From Mobula birostris (Eukaryota): a stretch of DNA of 64,000 nucleotides. The translations under genes were made by a program, and so were the position numbers. The DNA is taken from the NCBI RefSeq assembly GCF_030028105.1, contig NC_092378.1:71885672-71949671 (forward strand). Reading direction: 5' to 3'. This document shows, piece by piece, positions 1-11,448 of the stretch (positions within the stretch are counted from its first letter, which is position 1; each line of letters starts with the position of its first letter). Under the pieces are notes generated by a model, which did not search any database, was not told where the DNA came from, and saw nothing but the letters and a program-made list of their open reading frames with translations.

Positions 1-384
1 TGTAAAGGCCAAGAATGAACCAAGACATCAGCCAGACTATTGCTTCTTGTGAAATATACCTTACCTACAGACCAAAGCAGCAAGCAGAACCGCTTACACC
101 ACACCCTGCACCAGACAAGCCATACTTCAAAGTTGGAGTGGATTTGTTTGATAGTAATGTGAACAGTCAGATTGTTATAACAGACTATTTTTCTAGTTAC
201 CCAGAGGCTGTAACACTGCAATCAACATCCAGCAAAGCGGTTATCACCTTCCTGAAAGCTGTGCTTGTGAGGTATGGAGTTCCATGTGAAGTGGTATCAG
301 GGAATGGTCCACAATTTTCGATCTATGAATTTGAGTCCTTTGTCAAAATTTGGGAGTTTTGTCATATAACTTCAAGCTCATATC
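1..384 (+). mobile_element. Ty3/Gypsy pol fragment (integrase), decayed; copy A of a local tandem duplication
   Basis: ORF 15-629 reads ...PYFKVGVDLF...VITDYFSSYPEA...RYGVPCEVVSGNGPQF...HITSS, typical of an rve integrase core; closely similar to 2882-3285. Confidence 0.88.
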
Positions 385-454
385 TCATCTATCAAATGAG
401 ATCACTGGGCGCAAAGAAAAGGCTCGGAATATCAACAACTGTGGCGCTTCTCTT

Positions 455-779
455 CCTGCCATCTTGGTCAATGTCTCCCATCCTCTACATAATGTACTGG
501 GTGGGCACAGGAGTACATTCAGCCAGAGACTCATTCCACCAAGATGCAGCACAGAGTGTCATAGGAAGTCATTCCTGCCTGTGGCCATCAAACTTTACAA
601 CTCCTCCCTTGGAGGGTCAGACACTCTGAGCCAATAGGCTGGTCCTGGACTTATTTCCTGGCATTATTTACATATTACTATTTAATTATAATGGTTTTAT
701 TACTATTTAACTATTTATGGTGCAACTGTAACGAAAACCAATTTCCCTCAAGATCAATAAAGTATGACTATGACTATGA
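455..779 (+). mobile_element. 3' end of Rex1/Babar-type LINE
   Basis: C-terminal peptide SHPLH...RKSFLPVAIKLYN, AT-rich 3'UTR, AATAAA and (GACTAT)n tail. Confidence 0.8.
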
Positions 780-780
780 A

Positions 781-2506
781 CGTAACGTATTCTACGCAAG
801 ATTCGAAAAGAAGAGGAGCATCCTGCTCCCTCCGGATCAACCGGACCTGGTGGCATCGAGATTCATTGTCACCAAGGAGGACGTTAGAAGGGCCTTCCTG
901 AAGATAAATCCAAGGAAGGCGACGGGCCCAGATGGCATCCCAGGACGGGTTCTCCGGGCCTGTACAAGCGAGCTAGCTGGAGTGTTTGCTGACATCTTCA
1001 ACTGCTCCTTGCTTCAGTCTCGGATCCCCTCGTGCTTTAAGAAGGCAACGATAATTCCAGTGCCGAAGAAGAGCAAGGTGGCATGCCTGAATGACTATCG
1101 ACCTGTGGCTCTGACATCAATTGCTATGAAGTACTTCGAGAGATTGGTTATGGCACACATCAACCACAGTCTACCGGTCAAACACAATGCTTTGCAATTC
1201 GCCTACCAGAGCAACAGGTCAACGGCAGATGCCATCTCTCTGGCCCTACATTCCTCCTTAGAACACCTGGAGAATAAAGACGCATATGTAAGGCTCCTTT
1301 TCATTGACTACAGCTCTGCCTTTAATACCATCATTTCAAATAAACTGATTCCTAAGCTCCGGAACCTGGACCTTAGCACTCAGCTCTGCAGCTGGATCTT
1401 CAACTTCCTCACAGACAGGACCCAGGCTGTAAAAATAGGGGACAAGCTCTCCTCTACAATCACTCTGAGCACTGGTGCCCCACAAGGCTGAGTACTCAGC
1501 CCCCTGCTGTACTCACTGTACACTCATTATTGTGTAGCCAAGTTTCCATCAAACTCAATATATAAGTTTGCTGATGACACAACAATTGTAGGGCGTATCT
1601 CGGATAATGATGAGTTTGAGTATAGAGAAGAAATTAAGGACCTGGTGGTATGGTGCGAAGACAATAACCTATCCCTCAATGTCAGCAAGATGAAGGAATT
1701 GGTTGTTGACTTCAGAAGGAGTAGCGGACCACACGACCCCATTTACATCGGTGGTTCGCAAGTGGAACAGGTCAAAAGCTTTAAGTTCCTCGGGGTCAAT
1801 ATCACAAATGACCTGACTTGGTCCAACCAAGCAGAGTTCACTGCCAAGAAGGCCCACCAGCGCCTTTACTTCTTGAGAAAACTAAAATTTGGCCTGTCCC
1901 CTAAAACCCTCACTAATTTTTATAGATGCACCATAGAAAGCATTCTCCTAGGGTGCATCACAACCTGGTATGGAAGTTGTCCTGTCCAAGACCGAAAGAA
2001 GCTGCAGAAGATCGTGAACACGGCGCAGCACATCACACAAACCAATCTTCCGTCCATGGACTCACTTTACACCGCACGCTGTCGGAGCAGTTCTACCAGG
2101 ATAATCAAGGACACTACCCGCCCAGCCAACACACTTTTCGTCCCTCTTCCCTCCGGGAGAAGGCTCAGGAGCTTGAAGACTCGTACTGCCAGATTTGGGA
2201 ACAGCTTCTTTCCAACTGTGATAAGACTGCTGCACGGATCCTGACCCGGATCTGGGCCGTACCCTCCAAATATCCGGACCTGCCTCTTGGTTTTTTTGCA
2301 CTACCTTACTTTCCATTTTTCTATTTTCTATTTATGATTTATAAATTAAATTTTTAATATTTACTAATTTTAAACTATTTTTAATATTTTTAATATTTAG
2401 TATTTGTAATCCAGGGAGTGTGAGGCGCAGAATCAAATATCGCTGTGATGATTGTACGTTCTAGTACCAATTGTTTGGTGACAATAAAGTATAAAGTATA
2501 AAGTAT
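781..2506 (+). mobile_element. 5'-truncated Rex1/Babar LINE, RT domain with one nonsense codon
   Basis: [40 protein letters not shown] (TGA 1489-1491), YKFADDTT; ORFs 691-1491 and 1645-2244 share a frame; (ATAAAGT)n tail ends ~2506. Confidence 0.92.
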
Positions 2507-4419
2507 CTCAAGCATACAACAATAAAGAAAAGAGTGACCAAGAGGTTAATGCAGATATACAGGCCTATGTTGAGATGATTGTCACCAACCTTCCAGTACC
2601 TCCTGTTAGAACAGAACAAATGAGGAAAGTACTAGGGTCAAATGAAACAATAAAAGAACTCAAAGATACAATATGGAAAGGATGGCCAGCAGCTAAGTGT
2701 GACTGTCCAATGTGTATTCAGGATTATTGGACATGGAGAGCTGAACTGTCAGCCGTGAAAGATATGTTCTGCAAAGGGAACAAGCTTGTGATTCCAGTGT
2801 CGCTATGCAAGGAAATGCTCCAGAAGATACACAAAGGGAATCTTGATGAGGAAAAATGTAAACAAAGAGCTCAGGATCTGATGTAAAGGCCAAGAATGAA
2901 CCAAGACATCAGCCAGACTATTGCTTCATGTAAAATATACCTTACCTACAGACCAAAGCAGCAAGCAGAACCATTTACACCACACCCTGCACCAGACAGG
3001 CCATACTTCAAAGTTGGAGTGGATTTGTTTGATAGTAATGGGAACAGTCAGATGGTTATAACAGACTATTTTTCTAGTTACCCAGAGGCTGTAACACTGC
3101 AATCAACATCCAGCAAAGCTGTCATCACCTCCCTGAAAGCTGTGCTTGTGAGGCATGAGTTCCATGTGAAGTGGTATCAGGGAATGGTCCACAATTTTTG
3201 ATCTATGAATTTGAGAAATTTGGGGGTTTTGATCTATGAATTTGAGAAATTTGGGGGTTTTGACATATAACTTCAAGCCCACATCACCCAAAATCTAATG
3301 GCCTAGCAGAAAGTTCACTTAAGGTAGTGAAGAGCCTCATGAAGAAGGCGCAAGATTGATGACAGGATTTCCACAGAAGTCTGATGATTTACAGAAAGGA
3401 GCCATCGCAGAATGAACTCTCACCATTCCAAGTGCTGATGGGTTGATGCATACGCACTAACCTTCCAATGCATGAAAACCTGTTGACAGCTAACGGAGCA
3501 CATAAGGTCAAACCTGCTGAAGTGGAAAGGAAAGGAAAACAGAAGCAGAATCATAAGGCTAAGTAAAGCCTATCAACAGGCTCTCGGATATGGCCTAAGT
3601 CTGGCAGGAGAGACACTGGAGCAGTTCAATTGTTCACAGACTTTAATGCGAACAGAATTTTAAAGGAAAGGAAAACAATAAATGCTAGGCCAAGCAGGGC
3701 TGTTAACTAAAACTCTCAGATGAAAACCTAGATGCCAACACCACAGCTGAAAGGAATATCTAAATATAGAACAAATACCGCTTGTCTCCACCATCAGTGA
3801 AATTGATAGTCCACTTTCTAAGACAAGGCCAAATGCAAGCAAGCAGCATAACATTGCCATGTTTTTCTCATGTCTTGACAAAGGCTACAATCAAAATAAG
3901 GAAGTTAAATACCGCCATAATGAAACAGTAATTACCTGAAATATGCATATTCACGAGCACAATTGCTGTATCTGCTATGGAGCACACCAGCGGAGGCTTG
4001 TAGACCCTACAGCTGAGTCCATGGTTGTGACAAAGCCTACCAGTTTCGGAAGCCTGGAGATCAAGTGTGAACCTGAAATCACGACTCTGGCACATGATCC
4101 ATGCAAGCGAAAGTAGCTCCATATTCCTACCAGATCTGGAAGGAACGAGGGACACCTCTGAGAAGGAACCATGTGGATCAATGCCCACAAGTGCCAACCA
4201 TAGCTGTGACATGTCATCAGTAAGTACTCCACTCCAGAGACTGATTGAAAGTCGAGGAGTGGATTAAGGCCTGTAGTTGTTACAATTCAAGTTGAAATAT
4301 TGAACAGTTGAAAATTTGATTAAACAAAAGAAGAGTAATATAGATATCAAAGGTTATTGTTCCTTGCAGGTTAATGAGGACATAGTATTCTGTTTGTTCT
4401 TCTTTCAAGCGAGAAGATA
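2504..4419 (+). mobile_element. Ty3/Gypsy pol 3' part (H2C2 zinc-binding region and integrase core) and 3' region, decayed; copy B
   Basis: LKDTIWKGWP...YW...ELS...KGNKLVIP...MLQKIHKG, integrase core, SSPHHPKSNGLAE motif ~3272-3310; several stops and frameshifts. Confidence 0.85.
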
Positions 4420-4588
4420 TGTTATTATGTGTGCATATCTTAAAGAGCTTCAGTTCCCAGTGTGCAGTGCGATGGGTTCACCCAAACCAGAAGCTATAAT
4501 GGCGATCTGGTTGCATGCACGCCGGATTGAGCAGCAGTTCAGTAATGAACTGTTGTAATGTAAACCCATGTTAAGGGCAAACATAACA
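4420..4588 (+). mobile_element. Candidate 3' LTR of the Gypsy element
   Basis: Purine tract AAGCGAGAAGA (4407-4417), then TGTTAT...ATAACA inverted termini, downstream of the integrase. Confidence 0.5.
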
Positions 4589-5469
4589 CAGTTTATTCTT
4601 GTAAATATTTTTATTATTTATAAAGCATATACATAGAAAGGAGTACTTTGATTTGGGAGGTGAGGCAAGAGAAGGTAGAGAGAGAATCCTCAGCTATACT
4701 GGAGATATTAAATACGGCATCTCAAATGGGGATCTGGTTGAGAATAAAATTTGAACCTGACCTGTCTGAAATCATCTACCCTCATAATCTACAATTTGAA
4801 CTGGCACAGTTCAGGCAAGTATAGTGGAGTCTCCTCATTCTTGGAAGGGATACCCAGTCACTTAGTGCCAATTAGTCATTAACATTACAAGAGTTTGTTT
4901 CTTCGTTTTGTGGCTGCCTGTAAGGTCACAAATCTCAAGGTTCTATATAGTATAGATACTTTGATAATAAATGTACTTTTAACTTTGACAAGAAAGGAGA
5001 AAGGAGCCAGCAGAAGAAGTGAAAGAAGATACTGGATCAGTGACTAATGACATTGCTGAAATTACCCAGATCCATGACATGGATGCTATCAGAAGGAAAG
5101 TGTGCCAGCATCTTCTCCTGAGGTTAACAAGTTTCTGCATGTCACTGAACACTCTACTAAACTTCTACCCTGTTGAAAGTATAAGTATAACTCTGGCATT
5201 GTATTCTCATCACAGAACTGAAGGACAGTGTGAGAGTGGTTGTTTCCAAAGGCATCAATCTATCAGACGATGGGCAATGATTAAGTGATACAAGTAGGTG
5301 AATTGTGGAGAATGCTATAGATAGAAGTCTACGGTACTAATTGAAGCTTGGCAGTTAGGCATTTGAATACATGAGAAAGTGTGTTGAGCTCTGATATCCA
5401 CAACTGACAGTAGAGCTTTTTGGGCATTTTCTTTGACCGCTTGCATTCGGTAGTCTCAGTGGCTGTTTC

Positions 5470-5700
5470 ATTGTCGGAAATTAAACAGGATCATAGGAAG
5501 GTGCAAAGGAGATTCACTAGGCTGTTTCCTGGAATGGAGCAGTTCAGCTATGAAGACAGACTGGTGAATCCAGGTGTGTCCTCCCTCGAGTAGAGGAAAT
5601 TCAAAGGGGTCACAATTCAGGCTGGTAAAATGATAGAGAGGGTAGTTTGCAAGAAGTATCTATGTAAGTGCATAACACACTGGGAGGTGAAATTAACTGT
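5470..5700 (+). mobile_element. Old degraded CR1 3' ORF2 fragment
   Basis: aaggtgcaaaggagattcactaggctgtttcctgga resembles the CR1 RVQRRFTRMLPG segment. Confidence 0.55.
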
Positions 5701-5984
5701 TGAAGTTAATGGAAAGAATTTTATAGGGAAATTATAACATGTTGCTATTACTATGTGTTACATCTAGTGCTATCATTAGGGACTTGAATTCTAGGTTTCT
5801 GATGGTTCGAGATTCCAGATTGATCTTTCTGGTGTATGCCACCATCAGATGGAACTATTTTTGAACAGAGTAAAACAGTTCTCCGCAGTGCTATGTTCAA
5901 TACTTATCCTTTAGTCAATGCTACTAAACATTATTTGATTGGTAGCATCTCATGCTATATGGGAATTTGTTGTGCACCTATTTA

Positions 5985-7045
5985 TAATAATAATGATGTT
6001 GATAATAATAATAATAATAATAGTAATAATAATAGTTTTTCTAAAGAGCACTTTCCGTACAAACAATGTAGTGCTTTACAATGGGATAAAGTACAATCTT
6101 GAAAATTAAAGACAAAATTATGTGTAACTAGGTGACCAATGAATATTAATTTTTATTGTTAAAAGTGCACTTATGATTTCACCCTGGTAATGATAAGTTA
6201 GATGCCTATGCCTTTAAGAGAAAATGGTGACATCATTGTGCAAGTAGGGAGTAGAAACAGTATTCTAAAAAGCCTGAACATGGGATGCCAAGGAGGTGCT
6301 TCTCCCAAGGGTGCTGGCTATACAGTGAGGAAAGGTCTCAGCACTGGATAGCATGGTTGTGCAAGTTTCTTATCTCCCTAGTAGCGTGAGTGAGGAGAGT
6401 TCATTTCAGGATCTAGCCTATACATGTCTGGAAGTTAAGCACATGTGTGCCAAAAATTGCCAGTGCCATACTGGTTTTGTATATTTTGTTTTTTTTTATT
6501 TTCATACTGCATACATAGCTAGTTACTATACAAGTGTGTGGGCCAAATTTAAGCTCAAAATGTAACAACAAGAACAGTTCTTTTTCAAACACTTTGCTGT
6601 TCTTATTTTGATGCCCTCTTTCTGCATTAAAACATCTAAAACAGACAAAGGGATTAAAGACTCGATAAAGTATTTGTTGTCCTGAGTGTATTTTCCCAGG
6701 CTACAAAATATGTTAGTTAAGAGAATAGGTAAATAAATAAGCTTTGAGTGGGTGCTTTAAAGTGTCAATTGAGTCTGCATTCCTCATAATTTTCGGTACT
6801 GAGTCCCACAGTTTAGAAGGATAGTTTAAAAAAAACTAACTTGCTAATTATCTTTTAAGGAAGATTGTTTAAACCTAAGTCTGGCAGACGATGACTTGAG
6901 AACTCATACAGGATTATAAAATGAAAACAATCCTGTGACCATTGAGAGCTTTGAAAACAAGCAAGAGAACTTTAAAATCTATTCTAAAAGATACAAGAAG
7001 CTGATGCAGACTAGTTAGGATGGGACTGATAAGCTGCTTCAGTCT
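5985..7045 (-). mobile_element. Fragmented L2 LINE 3' end with (ATT)n tail
   Basis: Reverse strand of ~6935-7040 encodes ISPILTSLHQLLVSFRIDFKVLLLVFKALNG (L2 HITP..LHWLP..RIDFK motif); (AAT)n at 5985-6035; middle is interrupted. Confidence 0.65.
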
Positions 7046-7214
7046 GGGTAATAAAATGATCTTTTACTTGCTTATGTTTTTTTAGATGAGCTTGAAGGAG
7101 GCCTTTAGCATATGAAGTCTATGCCAATTCTCAGAGCAATCCCATCACTTCCTTTCCCCCATTTGTTTTCCTATAATCTAACCTTTCTCACAAGTCAATC
7201 GATACCGTCCTAAA

Positions 7215-7515
7215 GATAAAGAGAATGATCAGCTTTATTAGTCAGATGTACATTGAAACTCACAGTGAATCACAATGCTTGTGTCAAATTCAACTAGCGG
7301 GGATCATGTCATCATGCTTCCAGCATCAACATAGCATGATCTCAGCTCACTAACCCCAACTCCACACCGCTGGAATGTGGGAGGGAACTGGGTCACACAG
7401 TGGAAAACCACATGGTCAGGAGGAGAACATACCTTACAGACAGTGGAGGAATTGAACCCATGCTGCTGATGTGGCAATAGCGTTAAGCAAACCACTACAT
7501 TACCGCGTCACCCCC
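7215..7515 (-). mobile_element. tRNA-derived SINE
   Basis: A/B-box-like head on minus strand (GGGTTCAATTCC), body shared with copies near 15298, 17207, 33063, 39185. Confidence 0.7.
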
Positions 7516-8159
7516 TATAGTACTGTGCTGCCTCATTCTCCTGCCAGGAGTGGTGGTGGTTGTCGTATCCAACAAAACCCGTGTGGGAGAGTTTTTAAGT
7601 GGAAAATATTTTGCACGGGGCAGTTCCAGTCTCTTTACCTTGGAGTTCTGGGCCCAGTGATTCGAACAGGGTTCACAAACTAGGGTCTTTCTTGGTTGCA
7701 GTGGATGAGCATACACTTCTGTGCTTTGACATGCCTTTGGCTCTCCGTGGAGCACTGCAGTACCACCTTTCTGGTCGGTGGATCTCACTGTGCATCTCAG
7801 TCGGCAGGAGCTGACTTCGCAGGCTAGGACAGGTACGTCTCGATCTCACTGTGGTATGAGGTTTGCCAGCTACCCTCACCTGTCGAAGTAATGTGCCGAC
7901 CTTTCACTGCTGTCGTATGCAAACAGCTACTTGAAGCCACAGGTGTGAGCTGAGGGTCCGGTAGGGACCACAGGTGAGTGAGCTGATCCAAAATGGACAC
8001 AACAAGACCCTTCACCTGAGGTGCTTCCCCTCCCTGGACACACCTTACATCTCAACACCAGGGATAATAACCAGTTACCCTACCGACCAGCATGTTGTTG
8101 AGTTGTGGAAGAAAGCTGAAGGCACTTGTGGAAGAAAGTAAGCAGTCAATGTATTGAAC

Positions 8160-8290
8160 AATCCTGATGAAGGGTCTCGGCCTGAAGCGTTATTCCCCTT
8201 TCTAGATGCTGCCTGGCCTGCTGAGCTCCGCCAACATTTTGTGTGCATTGCTCGAGATTTCTAGCATCTGCAGAATCTCTTGTGTCTCTG
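8160..8290 (+). mobile_element. Penelope-like terminal repeat fragment with hammerhead-like motif
   Basis: CTGATGAAGGGTCTCGGCCTGAAG followed by the gatgctgcctggcctgctgag...cagcatctgcaga tail also seen at 11060-11195. Confidence 0.7.
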
Positions 8291-8839
8291 AAGGTACCTG
8301 TGGGTGGGAGGAACGGAAGTTGTTATTTTTCCTATGTGTTCCAAGGGTGCCATTTGATGTAAATACTTCATGTTGCCTTGAAAGAGGTGGTAAACATTGT
8401 TTTAAAAAAATGTCTTTATTTTGCCTCTTTATAAGAGTGACAAAATGGAATGTGCTTGGAATTGTTCTCTTGAGACTCTTGATGTCCACTGAGTGTAATA
8501 CAAACCCTAGTCTGGTATTTTATTAATACGCCTTGCCAAATAGGTGGCAGATTAGAGAAATTAGTGCAACTGTCTACAAGAATAATATTTGTCTCTTAGC
8601 TGTTTTACATGGGTGACATGAACCAGGGGCACCTGTCACAGTGGACTATCTCAAATGCATCCAAGAATGCCAGGAGCTCTAACATGTCTCCTCTTCTGGC
8701 ACCTCATCAGTACCCAGATGAATGTGATTCTCAATGGTACAGTCAATCTCTGGAATCCACTATCCAACAACTGGAAACTAGTTCAGCATCAGGCCCACCA
8801 AATAATGCTTGCCGAGTCCCCTTCTCCTCATCAGGTGTG

Positions 8840-9040
8840 GCATTTCCCCCATTCCCTCTATCACTTGAGGGACCAGATTCTTTCACTCTCACTCCCTCCC
8901 TCCCCCTGCAGCCTTTCCTCTCAGTCCTGACCCGAAACATTGACATTGACCTTTTGCCCCACAGATGCTGTTTGATCTGAACTTTGAGTTGTTCCAGCGT
9001 TGTCTTCTTTTGTTACAGATTACAGCGTCTAGACTTTCTT
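8840..9040 (+). mobile_element. Penelope-like terminal repeat fragment (internally deleted)
   Basis: Pyrimidine-rich tract, cagtcctgacccgaaacattgac, same tail as 11060-11195. Confidence 0.55.
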
Positions 9041-9100
9041 GTCATCATTTATAAGAAAATTCCTTCCCAAAATGTCATTAAATATTTTGTGCAGCATGTA

Positions 9101-9127
9101 CAGTACTATGCAAAAGTCTTAGAAACA

Positions 9128-9179
<52 letters not shown>

Positions 9180-9763
9180 GACACACACGCGTACACACAC
9201 ATACACATAAACGCAGATGCACAAACACATGTACACATACATGTACACACACACACACACACACACAGATTTATATATACCTGAACACATACTGTATGTA
9301 TATCACAATACTGTATTTGTCAACGTGGAGTGGAGAGCGAGTTTATAAATCTGGTAGGAGCAAAGCATGCGGGGAATGGCGAGGGTGGGGTGTCGGAGAC
9401 AAGAGGCAGATAAGGAGGGCAGACACACCCAGACCTGAGACACCAGCCAAGGTCATTTGATTCCAAACAATTGGTTTATTGATCATTACAGAATGTATCT
9501 CTGGTGCTTCTCACTACTTCCCCTCCCTTTTCCATTTTTCCCAACCATGATTCCCCTCTCCCTGTCCCCTTCCAACTCTCAGTCCGCAATAGAGACTCAT
9601 ATCAGAATCAGGTTTATCATCACTCACTTACTGTATGTCATGAATTTGTTTTGTTTGCGGCAGCAGTACAATGCAATACATAAAATCACTACAGTTCTGT
9701 GCAGAAGTCTTAGGCATCCGAGCTATATATACAGTATGTGCCTCAGAGCTTTGCGCAGTACCG
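9101..9763. mobile_element. Composite non-autonomous Tc1/mariner-type element (copy 1)
   Basis: TA-flanked TIRs CAGTACTATGCAAAAGTCTTAG ... CTTTGCGCAGTACCG; internal TIR copies at ~9304-9313 and 9692-9717; core similar to 30300-30700. Confidence 0.75.
9124..9268. repeat. (CA)n compound microsatellite
   Basis: Direct reading. Confidence 0.95.
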
Positions 9764-10183
9764 TACCTATACTACTATGATAATGAGGAGAGTGTTGCCA
9801 ACCTTGGAAAGACAACTTCTAATGAAGGGTTCATTGAGCCTTTGCCAACTGCCTCAGTGGAGAGCTGAATGTCATCTAGTGGTAAGTGGCAGCTGGGGGT
9901 TCTTTTCCTGCAAGTCCTTTGCTGCCTGTTCAGAGACATGGACATTGTTCAGGTTACCAGCCTGTCGATGTCAGAACACTACAAACTGTCTTGTCCATGC
10001 TGGTAGGTGCTTTTGTAAGCTATATTTTAAATGCCATCTGCAAAATCAATAAAACACACAGAAATTTGCCTGCACGTTTTTGCTTACAACAGCATGTTGC
10101 TTCAAGACATCATGAATGCTGTCAGTTTCCAATTCTACTTCTGAAGTCAATACTTGCAGTTCACAAACCAAATGAGTAAAATT

Positions 10184-11195
10184 TTTCCTCATTGTCCATG
10201 TGGGAAACAGGAACACTAAAGGGAACCTCACCAGCCTCTGCATCCAGTACATAATTCTCCAAAACTTCCGCCATTTCCAACGGGATCCCACCACCAAGCA
10301 CAACCTTTCCCTCCTGCACTTTCTGCTTTCCACAGTGATCACTCCCTATGTGAATCCCTTGTCCATTCACCCCTCCCCACTGATCTCCCTCCAGGTATTT
10401 ATCCTTGCAAGCAGAACAAGTGCTACACCTGCCCCTACACCTCCTCCCTCACTACCATTCAGGGCCCCAAGCAGTCCTTCCAGGTGAGGCGACACTTCAC
10501 CTGTGAGTCTGTTGGAGTCATATACTCTGTTCAGTGCTCTCGGTGTGGTGTCCTGTATATTAGTGAGACACAACGTAGATTGGAGGACCACTTTGCCGAG
10601 CATCTACGCTCCGTCCGCCAGAAAAAGCAGGATCTCTTAGTGGCCACCCATTTTAATTCCACTTCTCATTCACATTCTGATATTTCCATCCATGGCCTCC
10701 TCCACTGTCCTGATGAGGCCAGACTTAGGTTGGAGAAACAACACCTTATATTCCGTTTGGGTAGCCTCCAACCTGATGGCATGAACATCAATTTCTCAGA
10801 CTTCCAGTAATGCCCCCAACCTCCCCTCCTTCTCCATTTCCCATCCCTTTTCCTATCTTACCTTATTTCCTTGCCCACTCATCACCTCCCTCTAGTGCAC
10901 CTCCCCCCGTTTCTTTCTTCCATGGCCTTCTGCCTCTTTCACCAATCAGTTTCCCAGCTCTTTACTTCATCCCTCCCGCTTCAGGTTTCACCCATCACCT
11001 GGTGTTTAACTCTCCCCTTCCCCCATATTTTAAATCCACTCCTCAGCATTTTTCTCCGGTCCTGCCGAAGGGTTTCAGCGCAAAACGTCGACGGTATTCT
11101 TTCCCATAGAAGCTGCCTGGACTGCAGAGTCCCTTCAGCATCTTGTGTGTGTTGTTTGAATTTCCAACATCTGCAGATTTTCTCTTGTTTGTGAC
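10184..11195 (+). mobile_element. Penelope-like element 3' part: GIY-YIG endonuclease plus terminal repeat
   Basis: Cys-rich linker PCKQNKCYTC, then FTCESVGVIYSVQCSRCGVLYISETQRRLEDHFAEH...VATHFN...LIFRLGSLQPDGMN (ORF 10484-10810); followed by pyrimidine tract and hammerhead-like motif. Confidence 0.9.
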
Positions 11196-11448
11196 AATAA
11201 AGGGAAGAGTTTGACCAAACAAGATAGACTTAGACCTGCCTGTTACCAGTGTAAATGTATTTGGACAGCATGGCAAAAAATCTAAGCCAGATTTAGCGTC
11301 ACTAAACCTAGGCTAATATAAATCTCACCCTCAGACAAATGAATTTTCTTTCTGGAGAGATTGGAAAATAGATGCCATCATTTGCAAGTTCCCCTCCAAG
11401 CCTCCAAGACAGATTCAATCTTAACTAGGAAACCTGTTACCATCCTTT

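Noticed and set aside
8984-9460. His/Thr-repeat ORF
   Set aside because: Translation of the (CA)n microsatellite
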